DNA of 62,479 nucleotides, counting the filler, from Choristocarpus tenellus KU-1152 (taxonomy: Eukaryota; Protista; Phaeophyceae): NCBI GenBank assembly GCA_964200185.2. It is 10 parts of 10 records of this genome, joined end to end, with 100 filler letters (N's around TTAATTAATTAA, not from the genome) between each part and the next. Parts side by side here need not be neighbours in the genome. Positions count along the whole stretch, not along the records: positions 8,155 to 20,040 come from CAXNAD020002081.1; positions 20,141 to 28,054 come from CAXNAD020005404.1; positions 28,155 to 34,147 come from CAXNAD020009217.1; 7 more parts are not named here. One strand, given 5' to 3'. The first letter of the stretch is position 1. Each line of letters begins with the position of its first letter. The notes under the pieces were generated by a model. It was not told where the DNA came from. It searched no databases and saw nothing but the letters and a program-made list of their open reading frames with translations. The translations under genes were made by a program, and so were the position numbers. This document shows, piece by piece, positions 13,716 to 28,155 of this stretch.

Positions 13716-16700
13716 GCCCAGGAAATAGAAGCAAAATAAGATTGAAGAGAAAAAGAACCTCAAGCAACCACCACCCACTCATACGTGGTGGTACCGACAC
13801 ACTTGTTTGGATCTGGAATGCATCGGGATTTGCTCAGAGTATGGAACACATATAGTTCCACTGAACTGTTTATGTTACCTGCAGGCCTGAGGGAAGAGGG
13901 ATGGACTTTCTCCTAGGAAATGATTCGTAATGCCATGCATTTTACCACACACCATGCATGGCAACGTTTAAGCATTACATTGTACGAAGGCTAAGTTAGT
14001 TAGGTGATCCAGAGCAAATGAATGAAACATGACGATACAATACATGAAACAAAGGCCTACAGGACATGACTAAGATATATTCATGTAGTATGTACATAGC
14101 CATGCCCATTGTCTAGGGTGCTACATAGCACTAACAAAAAGTATCCAGGACTTACTATGTATGATGTAATATACATACGATAATCACCTTAACCTGAGGG
14201 AATCAACATGATGTGCCACAAAAGATGCTGTAAGCAAACAAACACACCAAAAAGTAAGGACTCGAAACAATATTTTTCATTGGGAAAATCGCTACTTAAG
14301 AGCACCCTTCCACATTCTATTAACGTGGGGAAGACCTGAGGGAAGGGGGGGTACATCTGTCAATATTGAATGGCAGTATCTGCTGACTTCGAATTTCATC
14401 GTTTTGCTTGTTGAATCCTGCCTTGACAACCACAATGCTATACGTTGGATCAATGATTATAAATAGTACCAAGTATTTCTACTCTGCAGTATTACAGATG
14501 CAAAGGAGGAAGGAGGTGTGCAATACAAGCCGAGATTCAAACCTATGGAGACATGGGCAGATTTCGACCCTTTTGCATTCTAAGCCGCTTTCTTATCCTG
14601 TGCAATACATCCCATTTCATTGGTTTGTGTGCAGAGTGTACGCAAGATTGATATACCCTCTTTCTAAACACAAAGCAACACCACAATACAGCAAAGGCTA
14701 TTTCTACAATTATAAAAATGATAGCTTTTTGCCTCTTCTTGTGATCCATAATATTTAACCCTGTCTACCTTCGGTTTGTTTGACCCAGAGGTACTACTAG
14801 AAGTTACCCCTTCCTCACTAAGCCCCTCCCCACCACAGATAGGTGCTAGGTCAAGATCAGGAAAGCAGTAACAAAAGCATCATCCAAATAATACATTATT
14901 TCAAATCATTCTAGTACTACATTCGTCTGGTGAAAATACCCATCCCATTAGAAGAGCATTTATCAGTCACCATGATAGTCCGCTCTTTCTGAATAGATGG
15001 TGATACATATTCTGAGCACACACAGATGAGCATTGTGCGTAAGGAGTATATAGGAGTAAATCCCCAAAAAGACAAACTCACATGACTACCCTCTTCAAGG
15101 TAGTACCAGCCCCAACCATTGATTTTTCAATTATCTGTATTTAAACTTCAAGCTTTACACCTACTTCAAAGACCTGTTTTTCGTCCTAGTTCGTCCTATT
15201 ATCCACAAAGCTGATATCATCCAGATGATCTTCACAGCATATTATCAACTCATGTGCTTCACTCCGTCGTTGTGTCATATTCACTATGCGTCTATGATCT
15301 ATCTGTACAGATCGCTCAAGTATGTTCCACTTAGTTCTGGTTTTGTCATTGATGGCCTCAAGTGATTATCAACGCGTAAGAGTAGACACCGGTGGGTGTT
15401 TGACATTACATCTCACCACAAGTCTGTATTGATACCGTTTTGACTGCCAATTGACAGGCTATAGGTTGCATTTACAGAGTGCAAAGGATCATTCATCACA
15501 GTGGCATTAAACAAAGTCTTACACATATTTTTTAAGTACCACTTAGAGACAATCTTCCTGCATTGATGAGGTCACTAGATAACTGTCCTTAACTGAATAA
15601 TGACCCAGGTTTTGGTCGAAAGTCCTAACTGGACCACAAGGAAGGTTGACCAGTTTGAAGCAGCTCTTTAATTCATCTACATAGATTTACAACAGCTTGT
15701 AATGTGTACTTTTGTACTTTAACTAGTGTAAGTCTGGGAAACCATGTTGAGGTGTCAATACTGTCAAGAAGTGCAATATCACTATCTATGTAGTTAACAC
15801 AGTACTCTTTGAAAGGCAAAATGAAAACACAAAAAATACAAAAAAATGAATTTTCAAAGCATTGTGTAAGCAAATGGATAGCAGTTTTGGGTCTCGAAAT
15901 CATTGTCCAAGCTAGCATATTATTCAGAGACCACAAAAATATATCCCATCCTGATATAATCTGTATATCTTATCATGTCTCTAGGAATTGTATTTGTTGA
16001 TCCATAAGCAATCATCAGACAACAAGAGCAGAAGGCCTTTCAAGACACATAGAGATGCTTCCTGCACCACAGGCCATCATTCCGCTAGTCTTTACCGCTT
16101 GCTAACATAACTGAATACATAAGAGCAAATATTTCCCACTTTTAGAAGAACCCCGTTATTCACCTCGTGCAATCTCATCACGTCAAAACCCTTTGAAAAG
16201 AAACACGATGAAAAGGACCTGCCTACAGCTAAGCTAGCTGTCTCTCTACGACACTGAGTACACCAATGTCACCTGACGACCGATTAGTATGCCCCACCTT
16301 ATGCCACCAAAGTCACATATCTCAGCCACTTCACTGCAAAACATCCACATCTCAAAGTAAGCCTACAGCTCGTGAGTCAACAGACTCCCCTGACCTGGGG
16401 GTGCCCACAAAAGAGTCAAATGGATAACCTTTCCCCATAACCACCCCACCTAATGCATGTATCATACAAATCATATTTTGAATGGGAAACGCCACGCTCT
16501 AGCAATGCACAAGACATGAGTTGCCGCAAGAAATGACTTCTTGATTGTACTGTGCATGTACTTGCTGGAAAAATGCAACGTTCCCAGAAAATTCCATTAA
16601 CCTGCCTCAAACCTTAATCCTAATCTCTCAAACCTTCTGCGCTTCTGCGCACTCTGCCTATACTCTGACCTGAAATTTATCTATACCACAATTTCATCAA

Positions 16701-16894
16701 GACTATATAATCTCAATAGAGCCGGATATTGGACTCAACTGCTCACATGAACTGTCACCAAACCATTTGGACTAACTGGTCTGAATCATTTCCTTTTGTA
16801 ATTCTTCGTCATTGATTCTGAGGCCTTTGCATTTAACACCTTGTCACCTTGTGTGACACAGGCATGGAGTGTAAGATTCCCCTACCCCTACAAT

Positions 16895-19800
16895 TTAGTA
16901 TGGCCGGTAACTGCGGTCCTGCCTGCCCTGAGTAGCAGCAGCCCCTCTGTACGCCTGGTACCCTTGGCCATCTGTAACCGCAGCACCGTTTCCGTAACCG
17001 GTAGCAGCACCATATCCTGTGCTACTGGCATCAGTCGAAGTGTTTCCATATCCAGCACTGTACCCACTTGCACTTGCCGTCTGACCAGTTGTCCCGTAAC
17101 CCTGGATACACATTTTCAGTTAGTGCATGAGCCACACAATTTTTAATCAGGAAAAATTAGGAAATCTTGGAATCTGTCGAATATTAAACTTTACACTTGA
17201 AACTTTATGTTGTATTTGTTGTAGTGACAAGACCAAAAGAAAGATGGGTGTAAGAAATAAAATTGAAGAATTACCTGCTGAGTTCCATATCCTTGACCAT
17301 ACCCTGTGGACTGTGTTTGACTACCATATCCTGTGGCCTGCTGACTCCCTGCTTGGGGAGTGTAACCCGTTGTTCCAGTCTGTGCCTGCCGCTGGCCCTG
17401 TCCCTGTGCTGGTGCCTGACCCTGCTGCCCCTGACCATAACCTTGTTGGTTGTAACCATAGCCTTGGCTGTAGCCATACCCTTGGCCATAGCCGTAACCG
17501 TACCCCTGCTAACAAGAGCGTTAAGGTACAGATCAGGACAGATGTAACATGAGAGGTTCACATGAATCAGGTAGAGATTTGGGCAAACATTCACCAAACT
17601 TATCTAATTCCATTACAAACTCTGCCTTACGACAGCAGCAAAAAGGTTTGTAGAGGTCTAAACTGCTGTAGACTGGGCTTGCTTGCTTGATGAAATATCC
17701 TCCCATCCCACAAGTTTTATTTAAACCATAAGCAAATTTCACTAACCTGCTGAGCTCCACCACCTCCACTACGGTCACCATCACGTCCTCCATATCCGTA
17801 AGATTGCCTATCACCACCTCCACCATATCCCTGGTACACAATGAAGAGAGATAAGTTTTACGTACGTTCAACAGTGCCCCAAAAACCTGTCAACACTAGC
17901 AAAAACATAGAAGTGTTGAGATCGAAACAAGCATCTCACCTGTTGTGAACCATAGCCACCCCCACCCCTGTTATCATAGCCACCACCAGATGGACCCCCA
18001 TAGCCTCCACCACGACCACCGTAAGCCTGAGAAGGTACGAAGGTGAGTAACACTCAAGATCAGAATAATAACCATATCAGAAGGCAATCAAAAGTTCAAC
18101 AATGTAGTGGGATCAGAGACAAGTAGTCAACATGTCAGAATATACATGGCAAGTAGTAAAAACACTGATAACAACGTTAAAACTAAAGGTTTATACACTG
18201 AGCACTGTCATCCTGTAGGCTCCAAGCTTTAGTGTTACAAACCCTCCTAAATCTGCTGGGCATTATTACTATTGTACAAAAGATAAGTTTCTTTGCAATA
18301 TATAGGCTGTACGAAAAAGGACACCTGTCCGTATCCTGGCCTTCCACCGTAGCCGTCACCACCTCCGCCTCGCCATGAGCCATAGCCTCCCTGGCAACAA
18401 TATCATACATGAAAGCCACCAACAGCGACCACAAGAAGTAGAAAAATACATATCCAATCCATTAAAGTAATGCAACCAAAAAAAAAATGGGAGGAAAGCA
18501 GGGATTGCAAGACAAAGGTGGGTAAGAAGAACAAGGTCAAAGACCAGGTCATCAAGTTGCACAAGGGCCAACACTCTCAGAATGATCCACCTTTAAACTT
18601 AGTACCACTCTTTAGGAACCCAGCAGATTTATCCTTGGGAATACGTCCAGGTATCAATACTTCTCGCTATAAAACATTGAAGGAAGCACTAGCTCGACTG
18701 TGCAAAATGTGCCTCCAGCCAAAGTAAGGGCTAAGCGCACCTGCTGGGACCAGCCTTGTTGTCCACCGCCCCCGTATCCCCCACCACCACCATACCCACC
18801 CCCATATCCTCCACCTCCGTATCCACCACCAGGACCTGGTCGTGGGCCATTGCCATCACGTGGGGCTGCAGTCTTCACCTCCACAGACTTCCCCTTCAAT
18901 TCATGGATGCCTGCATTCATTACCTGATAATACAAAGGTCTGTCAACTGTGTGCTCGGATATCATTAACATTGGCAAAAAATGACAAATTATTGATAACT
19001 GGAATACTTTGGGCTGTATCTGTTTTTTAATATCTCGTAGTAAGTGAATTTATCTTCAAAGATGTATTCAACTGATAACATCCTCAAAATCAATAAAATA
19101 CCGTGATTAAAACAATCAACAAAAATCTTACCCTGCGCACAACATCTGGGCTGTCGTATGTGATAAACCCGAAGCCCCTAGAGCGTCCAGTCTTCTTGTC
19201 ATACATGACAACAGCATCTTCCACCTTACCAAATCTGTCATTTTCCATGTAAAACAATAATATCAATGCATTTTAAAGAGAAAACAAAAGGAATTTTCAA
19301 CCTCTCAATCCGGAATGTGACAATATTTTCAAAAAAGTTGAAATCCTACAACTAAGAATCGACCATTTACTTACGGGCCTCTCACAAAGTTTTGTAAGCT
19401 TCTCGTTTCAATAGTAAAGCTTGAGCATATAATAGGGGAATTTTACAGAAAAGCACAAAAAGATTCAGTTCATAAAAACTTGAACTGCGTTGCATCAACC
19501 GCTGCTTCCTGGGAAGTGCAAACCAAGTAGTTTTAAAGAAAAAAAGACGCATAGCTTGCCTAATAATCACTCTATATCTCCCCTGAGCACATGAAAATAA
19601 TTTCACCTAGCACAAGTTACTGTCAAAACCTATCCACAAAAAATCAAGAAAAAAAATCATTCTCACTTGGCAAAGTATTGACGGAAGTCAGCATCATTTA
19701 CCCCCTGCTCAAGACCCCCGACAAAGATCTGGTACAGAGGGCAGGAAACACCAGGCATTATCCCAAAAGTGCAGTGTAAGGAACATGAGAACAACGAAGA

Positions 19801-20040
19801 AGTTAGTATGTGAAAAAAATTGAACGAGTCATGTCATAAAATAAAATAACAATGCAAGAAAATATTGTTAGGTTAATGTTCTTGCCAAGATACGTTAACT
19901 TTTCTGGTTCAGACAGTAATGCATTGCCTGTTGAAGCAAACTACTGTAGTACCAACCTTGTTGCTGAGGGGTGCATCATTCATCCCACCACCACCACGAG
20001 GCCCGTTGTCATGACGGTTGCCACCCCAACTTCCACCACC
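16895..20040 (-). CDS. hnRNP A/B / Musashi / DAZAP1-like RNA-binding protein, 5'-partial. Exons 20040-19957, 19728-19667, 19234-19132, 18923-18741, 18390-18325, 18026-17940, 17830-17747, 17505-17275, 17101-16895
   Basis: All introns are GT-AG and phase-consistent. The spliced product has RNP2 KIFVGGL, RNP1 RGFGFITY (VMYDKKTGRSRGFGFITYD), ELKGKSVEVKTA, a long GGY/GYGQ low-complexity tail and C-terminal RSYRPY-stop. Confidence 0.93.
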
Positions 20041-20140
20041 NNNNNNNNNNNNNNNNNNNNNNNNNNNNNNNNNNNNNNNNNNNNTTAATTAATTAANNNN
20101 NNNNNNNNNNNNNNNNNNNNNNNNNNNNNNNNNNNNNNNN

Positions 20141-20196
20141 CATTGGATTTTGATCCCCAAATGGATGCGGCTCTACCCTCTAAGATACTTTGGCTC
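20141..20196 (+). mobile_element. MITE family A, right end at contig start
   Basis: CATTGGATTTTG...GCTCTACCCTCTAAGATACTTTGGCTC. Confidence 0.85.
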
Positions 20197-21596
20197 ACCT
20201 ATCTCATGGAGATAAACATGAGGTGGCAGAACTATCCTCCACCATCTAGCGCTGTGCATGTTGATCACAAAAATTCATTCACGGAGGGAAAGGGGGCACA
20301 ATTAACTGTCAAAAGTACTGGCACTCTAGGACCTCACCTGCTTGGCATGAGAGTGAGCACCACGAGGCGGCTGATATGGTGGTGGAGGCGGCGGCGGCGG
20401 TGGTGGGTGAGCACTTGCCCATCCTTGATAGTGGTGCCCTCTGTAGGACTCATGACCTTGACTGTGGTATCTTGAGTTGCTCCATTCATGGCCTTCAGGA
20501 TGCCTGGGCAATGTTGGTTGGTGGGATGACATATGCCAATGCAGATTCTGACTGTCATGGGATGGCCAGTAACCATGATTTCTTTCTGCCTCAACAGTAT
20601 TTGACCTGATGGATCAAGTTCAGATTAAGTTCTTTACTTCCATAGTATTGTTGATCAATAGTGGGAAAGGATTTGGGTTGGGTATGGGGACTGATCGATG
20701 TTAGCTGGGTCATTCCTTGAGATAACAAGCATGTTGTTGAGGATTGAACACCTTTTGTTGCAGAAGGGGAGGAGAAACAAGTTATTGAGTCCATCAATAT
20801 AGAATGCACAACTCCATATTCCTTACATACTCTAGACTATGCTCATCATACAATGAAATGGAGAAGGGCAGACTTGGACAACTCCCCATGCACAAAAATC
20901 CACAGCCAGACAAATTGGGACTCATACTTTCCTAAAATACCTACAAAAACGTAAACCTTCCAAACAAAGCAACTCCTCCCCCTTGAGCACGCAGACTTGA
21001 ATCCAATACACGGCCACGTTTCAATCTGCAGTAATTGAAGGTATGTATCCCTTTGCATGATCTCTAGGATGGTATCCCCTACCCATGATCAACTCTTCTT
21101 ACATTCCGAATCGTTCTGTTGCAAAGGCATTGGCACCTTGGTCATCCAGTTCCTGACCGAGTCCCCAGCCTGTGCCCAACCCCCTGCTGCCCTGACTGCG
21201 CTGATCATTATTGTCCTTCTCCTAAGAATTTGATAGATAAAAGCAGAGAGCGAAAGCATGAACACACACACGCACATTAGTGCTTCACATATTGCATTTG
21301 AGAGAAAGAGCCTGCAAGGAGGTCTATTGTCCCCTCCAGCTGATTGGGGTTGAGCCCCTTGCCATGTGTGAGTCCTAGCAAAAGAAGATGTAGTCTCTCT
21401 TGATGATCTCTGTGGAAGCAAACGAAGTGCTCTGTTTGCGGCACCAATAAACAGAGTAATAGTTGTGTGGGGGCATTTCTCTACACGGCTTGAGATTCAG
21501 CACGGGCAGAGGGATGTTGAGATAGCGGTAACGCAGACTGGACAAAATGAATCTGGACAATATCCCAAAACAGTAGCCTCAACCCCAACCTAACAC

Positions 21597-21866
21597 CTTG
21601 GACGGAATCACAGGCTCCCACGGTCCAGCGATACCAGCAGTTCGCTCCAGCTCCCTCCTAGCCTCTGCCTTCCCCTTCTCAAGCAAGGACATGAACCTCT
21701 TGTCTGCCTGGGCATATTGATCTTCATCTTTTTCTGCCCGTCCCCCAACACCTCCTACAGAGCTAGAACATGTGGCTGGTTCCCTTGTGCCCCCCTCCCC
21801 CCTCCTGATCTCAGTATCTCCTTGTCCTACTACCCCCATCACTGAGTCTTCAGCAGAAATTGCAAC
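21597..21866 (-). CDS. Putative isolated exon of an unidentified gene
   Basis: Acceptor CCTTCTCAG|GTTGCA and donor CCAAG|GTGTTA; open frame VAISAEDS...LLEKGKAEARRELERTAGIAGPWEPVIPSK. Neighbouring exons uncertain. Confidence 0.35.
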
Positions 21867-24800
21867 CTGAGAAGGAACACACGCCACGAAGAATAGGGAC
21901 AAACAGAACAGATACAAGGGAGTGAACTCGTCAGCTGCATGTCTCGACTGTCTCCTGACTTGAGGGAGTGTGAGGTGTGCAGAGAATGGGATACAAATGA
22001 TTGCACTTGCTATCCTATCATACCCATCCCACCCGTAAAGGACATACACAGCGACATTTGTGGATAGCTCCAGAGGACTGACAACTTCAATGAGGATAAT
22101 CCATCCTCTACTGTCGAGGCATCTCTTACTCTATGCTCTTGGGATCTCTCAAAATTAGGTACTGGTAGAACCAAGACGCAATGGCAGAGCCCACTGTTGA
22201 TCCAAAGCTATGGTTAGTTGTGTCAACCATGGAAAAAACAAGAAAAAAAAAACTTTCACTAAAAAAATCAGTCCAGGTTAACTGCCAATACTGGGCGTAT
22301 ATGAACATATTAGTAGTATTTTTCATACACAGAAACATAAGATCAATGCATACTATGCAGTAGAATCATTAAAAAATCAATCAAAACGAGACCTTTGTTA
22401 ACCCTTTGTCTGACTGGGCGAGCCCAGTGTAAAATGGAATTTCAACAGGTTTGTACCAGGGTGCCAAAAAATTTGTACGGCTGGGCCACAGGCCAGACCA
22501 GACAAGACATCCTTTAAAAGGGTGGGATCAGGACCTTCAGAAATGTCACAAATTCAGTCCAGTTGATCTCGTCCACTAATATACTGCTTCAGTGTGAAGC
22601 CCTGGGACCAGACTTGGAGAAGGGAAGGGAGGAAGAGTTGCCTCATACTAATCTTTAGTCCTTTAGAGAATTAACGTTCCTGGATAAGTAGCACTATTTC
22701 TCATTGCGACATTCAGTATAAGTGGGGGATATTGTGGTAATGCCTTAGCTCGATGACAATGCACTACATCAGTAGCTGGCAAAGGCACTAAGCACCACCA
22801 TGGGAAAAGCGTACACCTTGATCCCAACCTCTTCCTTCCCCCCCCACCACCTCTTACAGCTGTGCTAAGCCCTAGAACCCACCTCATCGCCATCTTTGGT
22901 GTGTGGAGTAGCAGGTGTAGGTGGGCGGTTATGCATCCTCAGTGCGTCATCAAACGCCTGTGGTGTTGGGTGCATTGTTCCACATATTGAGATACAAAGA
23001 GGAATTTCCAAGTGCTCTTCGGCATTTAGATCTAGGACTAGGGCAGCAATACGCGGAGGTGTGAGCATGAGAATCAAGTGACCGCAATTTATAAGTGATA
23101 GGCATGATGCCCTCAAGTTATCCTCCTGATTGCATTACGATATCCTTCAATATGTGCAGGGAGGTCGTCCAGTGCGATAGTTTTTTTTGTATTGTTGCCC
23201 ACAATAGAGTATTCACTCATATGACAAGGCCAGTGGATGGAGTGTACGTGGTCAAGTAGAACTTAAGGTACTGATTGGGCGTATTTGCTGTATGATGAAT
23301 CAAAGTGCTTGGATGATGTCCCTTTTCACTCAGAGTCTTTTGCCTTACCTGTGGGTTGGCAATAATAACTCTTCGACATACAGAATGTATCTAAGCGAAG
23401 CTCAAGAGAAGATATGACCAAGAAGGTGAAGGATTGAAGACTTGTTACGATTTTGACGTTGTAGGGCTTGTGGAGGTGGGCCTGCAGTACCGCTCGAGTT
23501 TAGTCATGTCTTTCTATCCGCACCATACCAAGCTACAGCACCTCTCACCTTGAGTATTGCTCCATCATCCCATGCCTCATTATTGTCCTGCAAGAAGAGA
23601 ATCGCCGTTCACAGGGAGAATATAAATTCAGCACGGGAGAGATCGGCAGGGAAGTCTTCAAAGAGTTGCTGCAGGGCTGACAACCGAAAACTCTTGGTTT
23701 CTACCAGCACGATTCGTGCAACACAAGGAAATTGAAAGAAGCGTGAAGATATCATTACCAGAGATTTTGACTGAGTCGAAACTTAGATCGGATTGAATAC
23801 AGAGTTATGCGGACTTGTGAACAATCAATATTGGAGATTGCACAGAGCAAGCACTCAGTCGTACCTCCAAACTGATGGATCCCACCCTTGAAGGAGCGAA
23901 AGTAACGCCGTTGCTTTGTATCAACGAATCTTCTCTATTTAACATGTCATCAGTTGCCTTGGTCATACTTTGTCATGGCATGTGGGTGGATCGAAGGTGA
24001 AGGAAGAGAGGAATCCTTCGTTTGTTGGAGATATGGCGGCGTTGGCAATATCTTATATCATCAATCGTAACACTAGTACAACATAACGTTGTAATGATGT
24101 AGACAACACAGTATAGTCCAACAAGAAACAGGTCCAAGAAAAGTAACTCTTCGACCCTCATTGCTGCCGACGCGATTCTGTGGTAGCCAGCTCAAGGGTG
24201 TAATGGTGGTTCAGGGTTGTACTGATAGTTGCGTTGACACTTACTACTGTGTTCACAACAGAACATCCTCAAATAACCTAGCGATTAGAAACCAGAGAAG
24301 GAAGTTTCAGAGAAAATTGGTGGTGGTGCCTCAAAGATAATAAGTGGGTTTTTCTTGCAGAAGACCAAAACAGGTGGCACATATGTTTGAGGGATGGAGC
24401 AAATACCTCTAGCACACTGCTGTTGTTGAAGCAGCCACAGCCCATCAAGTGAAAGTGGCCTTGGCCACCAACCATGTGTGATATTGTCTCCTTAGCTTCT
24501 TCTCTTTTCTTTTTCAGAGAGTGTTGAAACGATAGTAAACTCCTGAGCTACCCAGACGCCCCTGGTGGAGAGTCTCGCGGAGGGTCCTCTTCTTGTTGAT
24601 TCAGATGTACTCGTTATTGAGTGGACATTCATCTCTTCTTGTCAGAATCTCTTTGAATTCGTGTTTTCAACTGTTCCAAATCACTCAAGCATCAGACATG
24701 AGCTGAATTTGTTCTGTTTTATTGTTGCTGGGCTTTTCCGTTAGCACCTTGCTCATGCAGCTACGTGAACTGCGTTGAGGTTGCCCTGCCCATTTGTCTC

Positions 24801-26639
24801 AGCTGAATCTCTTCTTCAGCTCCTAAGCCCGTTCTTTTCACCATTATTGTCCCTGTCATCACAATTCGATGGGTGTCGTTCCCACTCACATCCAGAGATC
24901 CTATTACCTGCTTTAAGCATTGCCTGGCAGGACTCCTAGCGTTAGGGTAAGCCGTCTTTGCCAGGATGGGACAGAGTTTAGAACCATGTCTAAGAAGGAA
25001 ATCCAAGGAATTGATATCATGTAGTATCATTCATAGTAAATTACTATGTAATGCTTCTGCAATAAATGTACAGCGCACTGCGCAAATTATCATTTGCTCT
25101 ATAGAGTCTGTTGTTTGGTACATGTTTTGCGAATTCATCCCTTGTTTGTTGTCCCTGTGACCATTTGCTCTATATTGTTGATTGCTGGGTGGTTATCACG
25201 CATTAGTTTGAAATATAATGCAGATGATGTCCAGGAGATGGAAGCAACATACTGCATACTCCAACCCATGGTCAGAACTCCATTGCAAAGAGAGAGGAAA
25301 ATAAGCCGGATTTCTGTGCCAAAAATAGGCAGATCCACCACTCAAGCCCGCATAATAGACAAAACAAAATACTGAAGTCCAGAGCACCTTGGTGAACTCC
25401 ATACAACCGCTACATACAATCTACTACCATCAACACCCAGATGAGTATCCTAGACTAGGCAGAGGAACCCAGTCCACTCTTCTGACTACCTTTGGAGGTA
25501 TCCTAGGGCTTGGCAAACGGGAAAGACCCTCGGTGAGACTTTCAAACTGAGATGTGCCGCCAGAGGTAGGTGTCCCTGACTCTCAATAAACCAAAAAGAA
25601 CCATCGCTGAGATTGTCAACCTTGCTTGAGATGTGCCACAGGAGGTGTCCCTCCAACATGCTCTCCACCGTAGTACTACTACTATAACTTCAATATTATT
25701 ACTTGCTTCAATTTAGTCCTGGAACTATCCTGACCCACAGTCAGAGGCACTACACATTGTACTGCTACTTGGTTTTCTACACTACAGATAGATGTTAGTT
25801 AGAGAGGAAATGATACCAAACAAATGTTGTTCAGGACGAAGGATGTTATCACGCATGTGTGGGTCTAAGATTTTGCTGGATAAAGGACTGCTAATAATAG
25901 AAGAGCAAATAAGTTTGAGCATTTGTTGCATAAAGGACATTATGGGCGAATACAATATAGTAGACGCCATACTCAGTATATACTGTATATAATTTATTGT
26001 TGTGGCTGTTGGCATGTTGCAGGGATTGTCATGTAGGGAAAACAAGATATAGAAGGGGGAGAAGACAACTAAACACAAGAACAGCACAATAAGACTTTAG
26101 AATAGAAGAGGAAAGATCGTGTAAAGAATACAAACCAAACCACGGAAGAAAGGACTACTTTATGAAATATGTCTATTATTACAATAATATGATATGTAAA
26201 ACAATGGGCAATAAAACAACGGAAAGCAACACTCCTAAACTGACCCTATGTATGAACGGGGGCGAGAATTAAGGGAAGAATCCCAATTAAATGTCAAGCC
26301 TCTCCAACCCCATCGACCTGGAGTCTATGATCTAATAAACAAAACTCTTTTGGAGATGAACAGTTGAACAGTGACTGAAAATGTACATTGGTGGTACCAA
26401 TAACTTCGCCCTCTGGTTGTCCCATCACAACTTTCGATGTAGACAACGGATTAAAAAAATAAAAGCATACTTGTGATGCCCGTCAGAAGGCCCTCCAGAG
26501 GAGGCTTTGTTTTTAGTCATTTATTTTAAAAGAAAGAGCGATCATATTGGGGTTCGAACCACGGATTCTAGGTCACCAAGAGTGGCAACAGAGTTTAGGG
26601 GGGCAGAGCCTCCCCACCCTTTCTTCCTGTGTGTTCGCG

Positions 26640-27700
26640 CATCTACTCTTTGACCTTGGCAAGGATGTCCTCGTCGATGCCCAGAACGAAATGCCTCTCG
26701 TAGCGCCCTTGCTCCGACACTTTGATGTGGCCCTTAGTTAGGAAGTCTCTCTCCCATTTACTCACAGTTTCCAATCTGACCATCACATATCCTGCTGCCA
26801 TCTCGAGCGCCATTTGATGGTCTTTCCAGTCGTTCATACACAGGTACAGGATTCGCAGTGTTAAAGCCTTTACTATCACATTTCCTCATTTAGCGCCGGA
26901 AATGGGCATCGTCCGTGTTCCCTGGGCGGATGATATTTTATCATCAAGGTGAAAGGGCGAGGGAGGACAGGTTTGAGTTGATCGAAAATTGTGTTGCTTT
27001 CTCGAATGAATGCAGGCCGGGAGAAAGCCTTAATCAACTTTATACGTCCAACCCTAAGTCCAGGAACAAAAGTGAATGTACGGCATCTTGCAATACCTTT
27101 CACACCAAACCATTGGTGTGCAAATAGTCTCAATCTCACTTTCTCTTCTTCCTTGGCATCCTCATCGATGGCTACATCTGCTTCGCAACCTCTTCTAAGT
27201 AAAGGATTTGGTGGTATCGAAAAGTCTCCACAGCTGCCTCTGTTACGATCCCTTTCTCCTCCGCCTTGCGAGCCCTTTCGACCTTCTTTTGGGCTTCAGA
27301 GCCCTTGTACCCCAACCCTAATACCTTCTTTCTCGTTTCCTTAAGCCACTCTGGCTTGCACAGCTTCCAGACAGTCAGGCCTGCTGCAACTGTCGACTAA
27401 TAAGTTATTCTACACCCGGATTTTCGCTTAGGCGTTTCCTGAGCGCAATGGCACGCAGCCGCACTGCTTTCTTCCCCAATCTTCCCTTTAGGCGGCCACC
27501 CTGGTTCTCCCTTCACCTGCCATGACCAGGCTTCTCTGCAGACTTCGTTACTGTACCACCTGGTGATGGACTCGCCACTCTCTTCCTGCTTTCTCGAGGC
27601 AGCAGAGACTGCGGGGCAGTGCTCCGACGTGGTTGAACATCCAACAACGTTTATGTGCAAATGCTTTCAATGCATCTTCTCTCAGCGTCAGCGTTGCGAC
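26640..27700 (-). pseudogene. Possible decayed N-terminal part of a Tc1/IS630-like transposase
   Basis: ETVSKWERDFLTKGHIKVSEQGRYERHFVLGIDEDILAKVKE resembles HTH-linker regions of DDE transposases, preceded by a basic region with stops. No catalytic domain seen. Confidence 0.3.
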
Positions 27701-28155
27701 CCCATGATCCATTTCGCGATTTGACTATGCTGCTGTGCCACAGTACAAGACTTTCTCGTCACCTTACATTTCACTGAGTGTCACATGGTACTTTCCGCCA
27801 CCTCTCGACAGAGAACGTGCCGAGGGTAGATCCAGGGGGAAGAGTGGCCTCGGCGGCTCTCCTTGTCTCACCGTTGTGGTTCATGTTGCTGTGTAAGTCA
27901 AGTGCGTGTGTGCTCACAGAAAGTCTGCAAAAGACGTAAAAAAGATTTCCGGCAATCTTGGGGGGGGGGGGGGTTCGGTATCGCCACACCAGCAAAAATT
28001 GGGCAGCACCAAAATAGTAGTTAGTGTATATTTTCGTCCATTCAATTAACACTCNNNNNNNNNNNNNNNNNNNNNNNNNNNNNNNNNNNNNNNNNNNNTT
28101 AATTAATTAANNNNNNNNNNNNNNNNNNNNNNNNNNNNNNNNNNNNNNNNNNNNT

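Noticed and set aside
22860-24480. Possible homology with 53870-55250 and 59185-59370 (PRIA-like peptides)
   Set aside because: Only short by-eye matches that could be chance; no family recognised.
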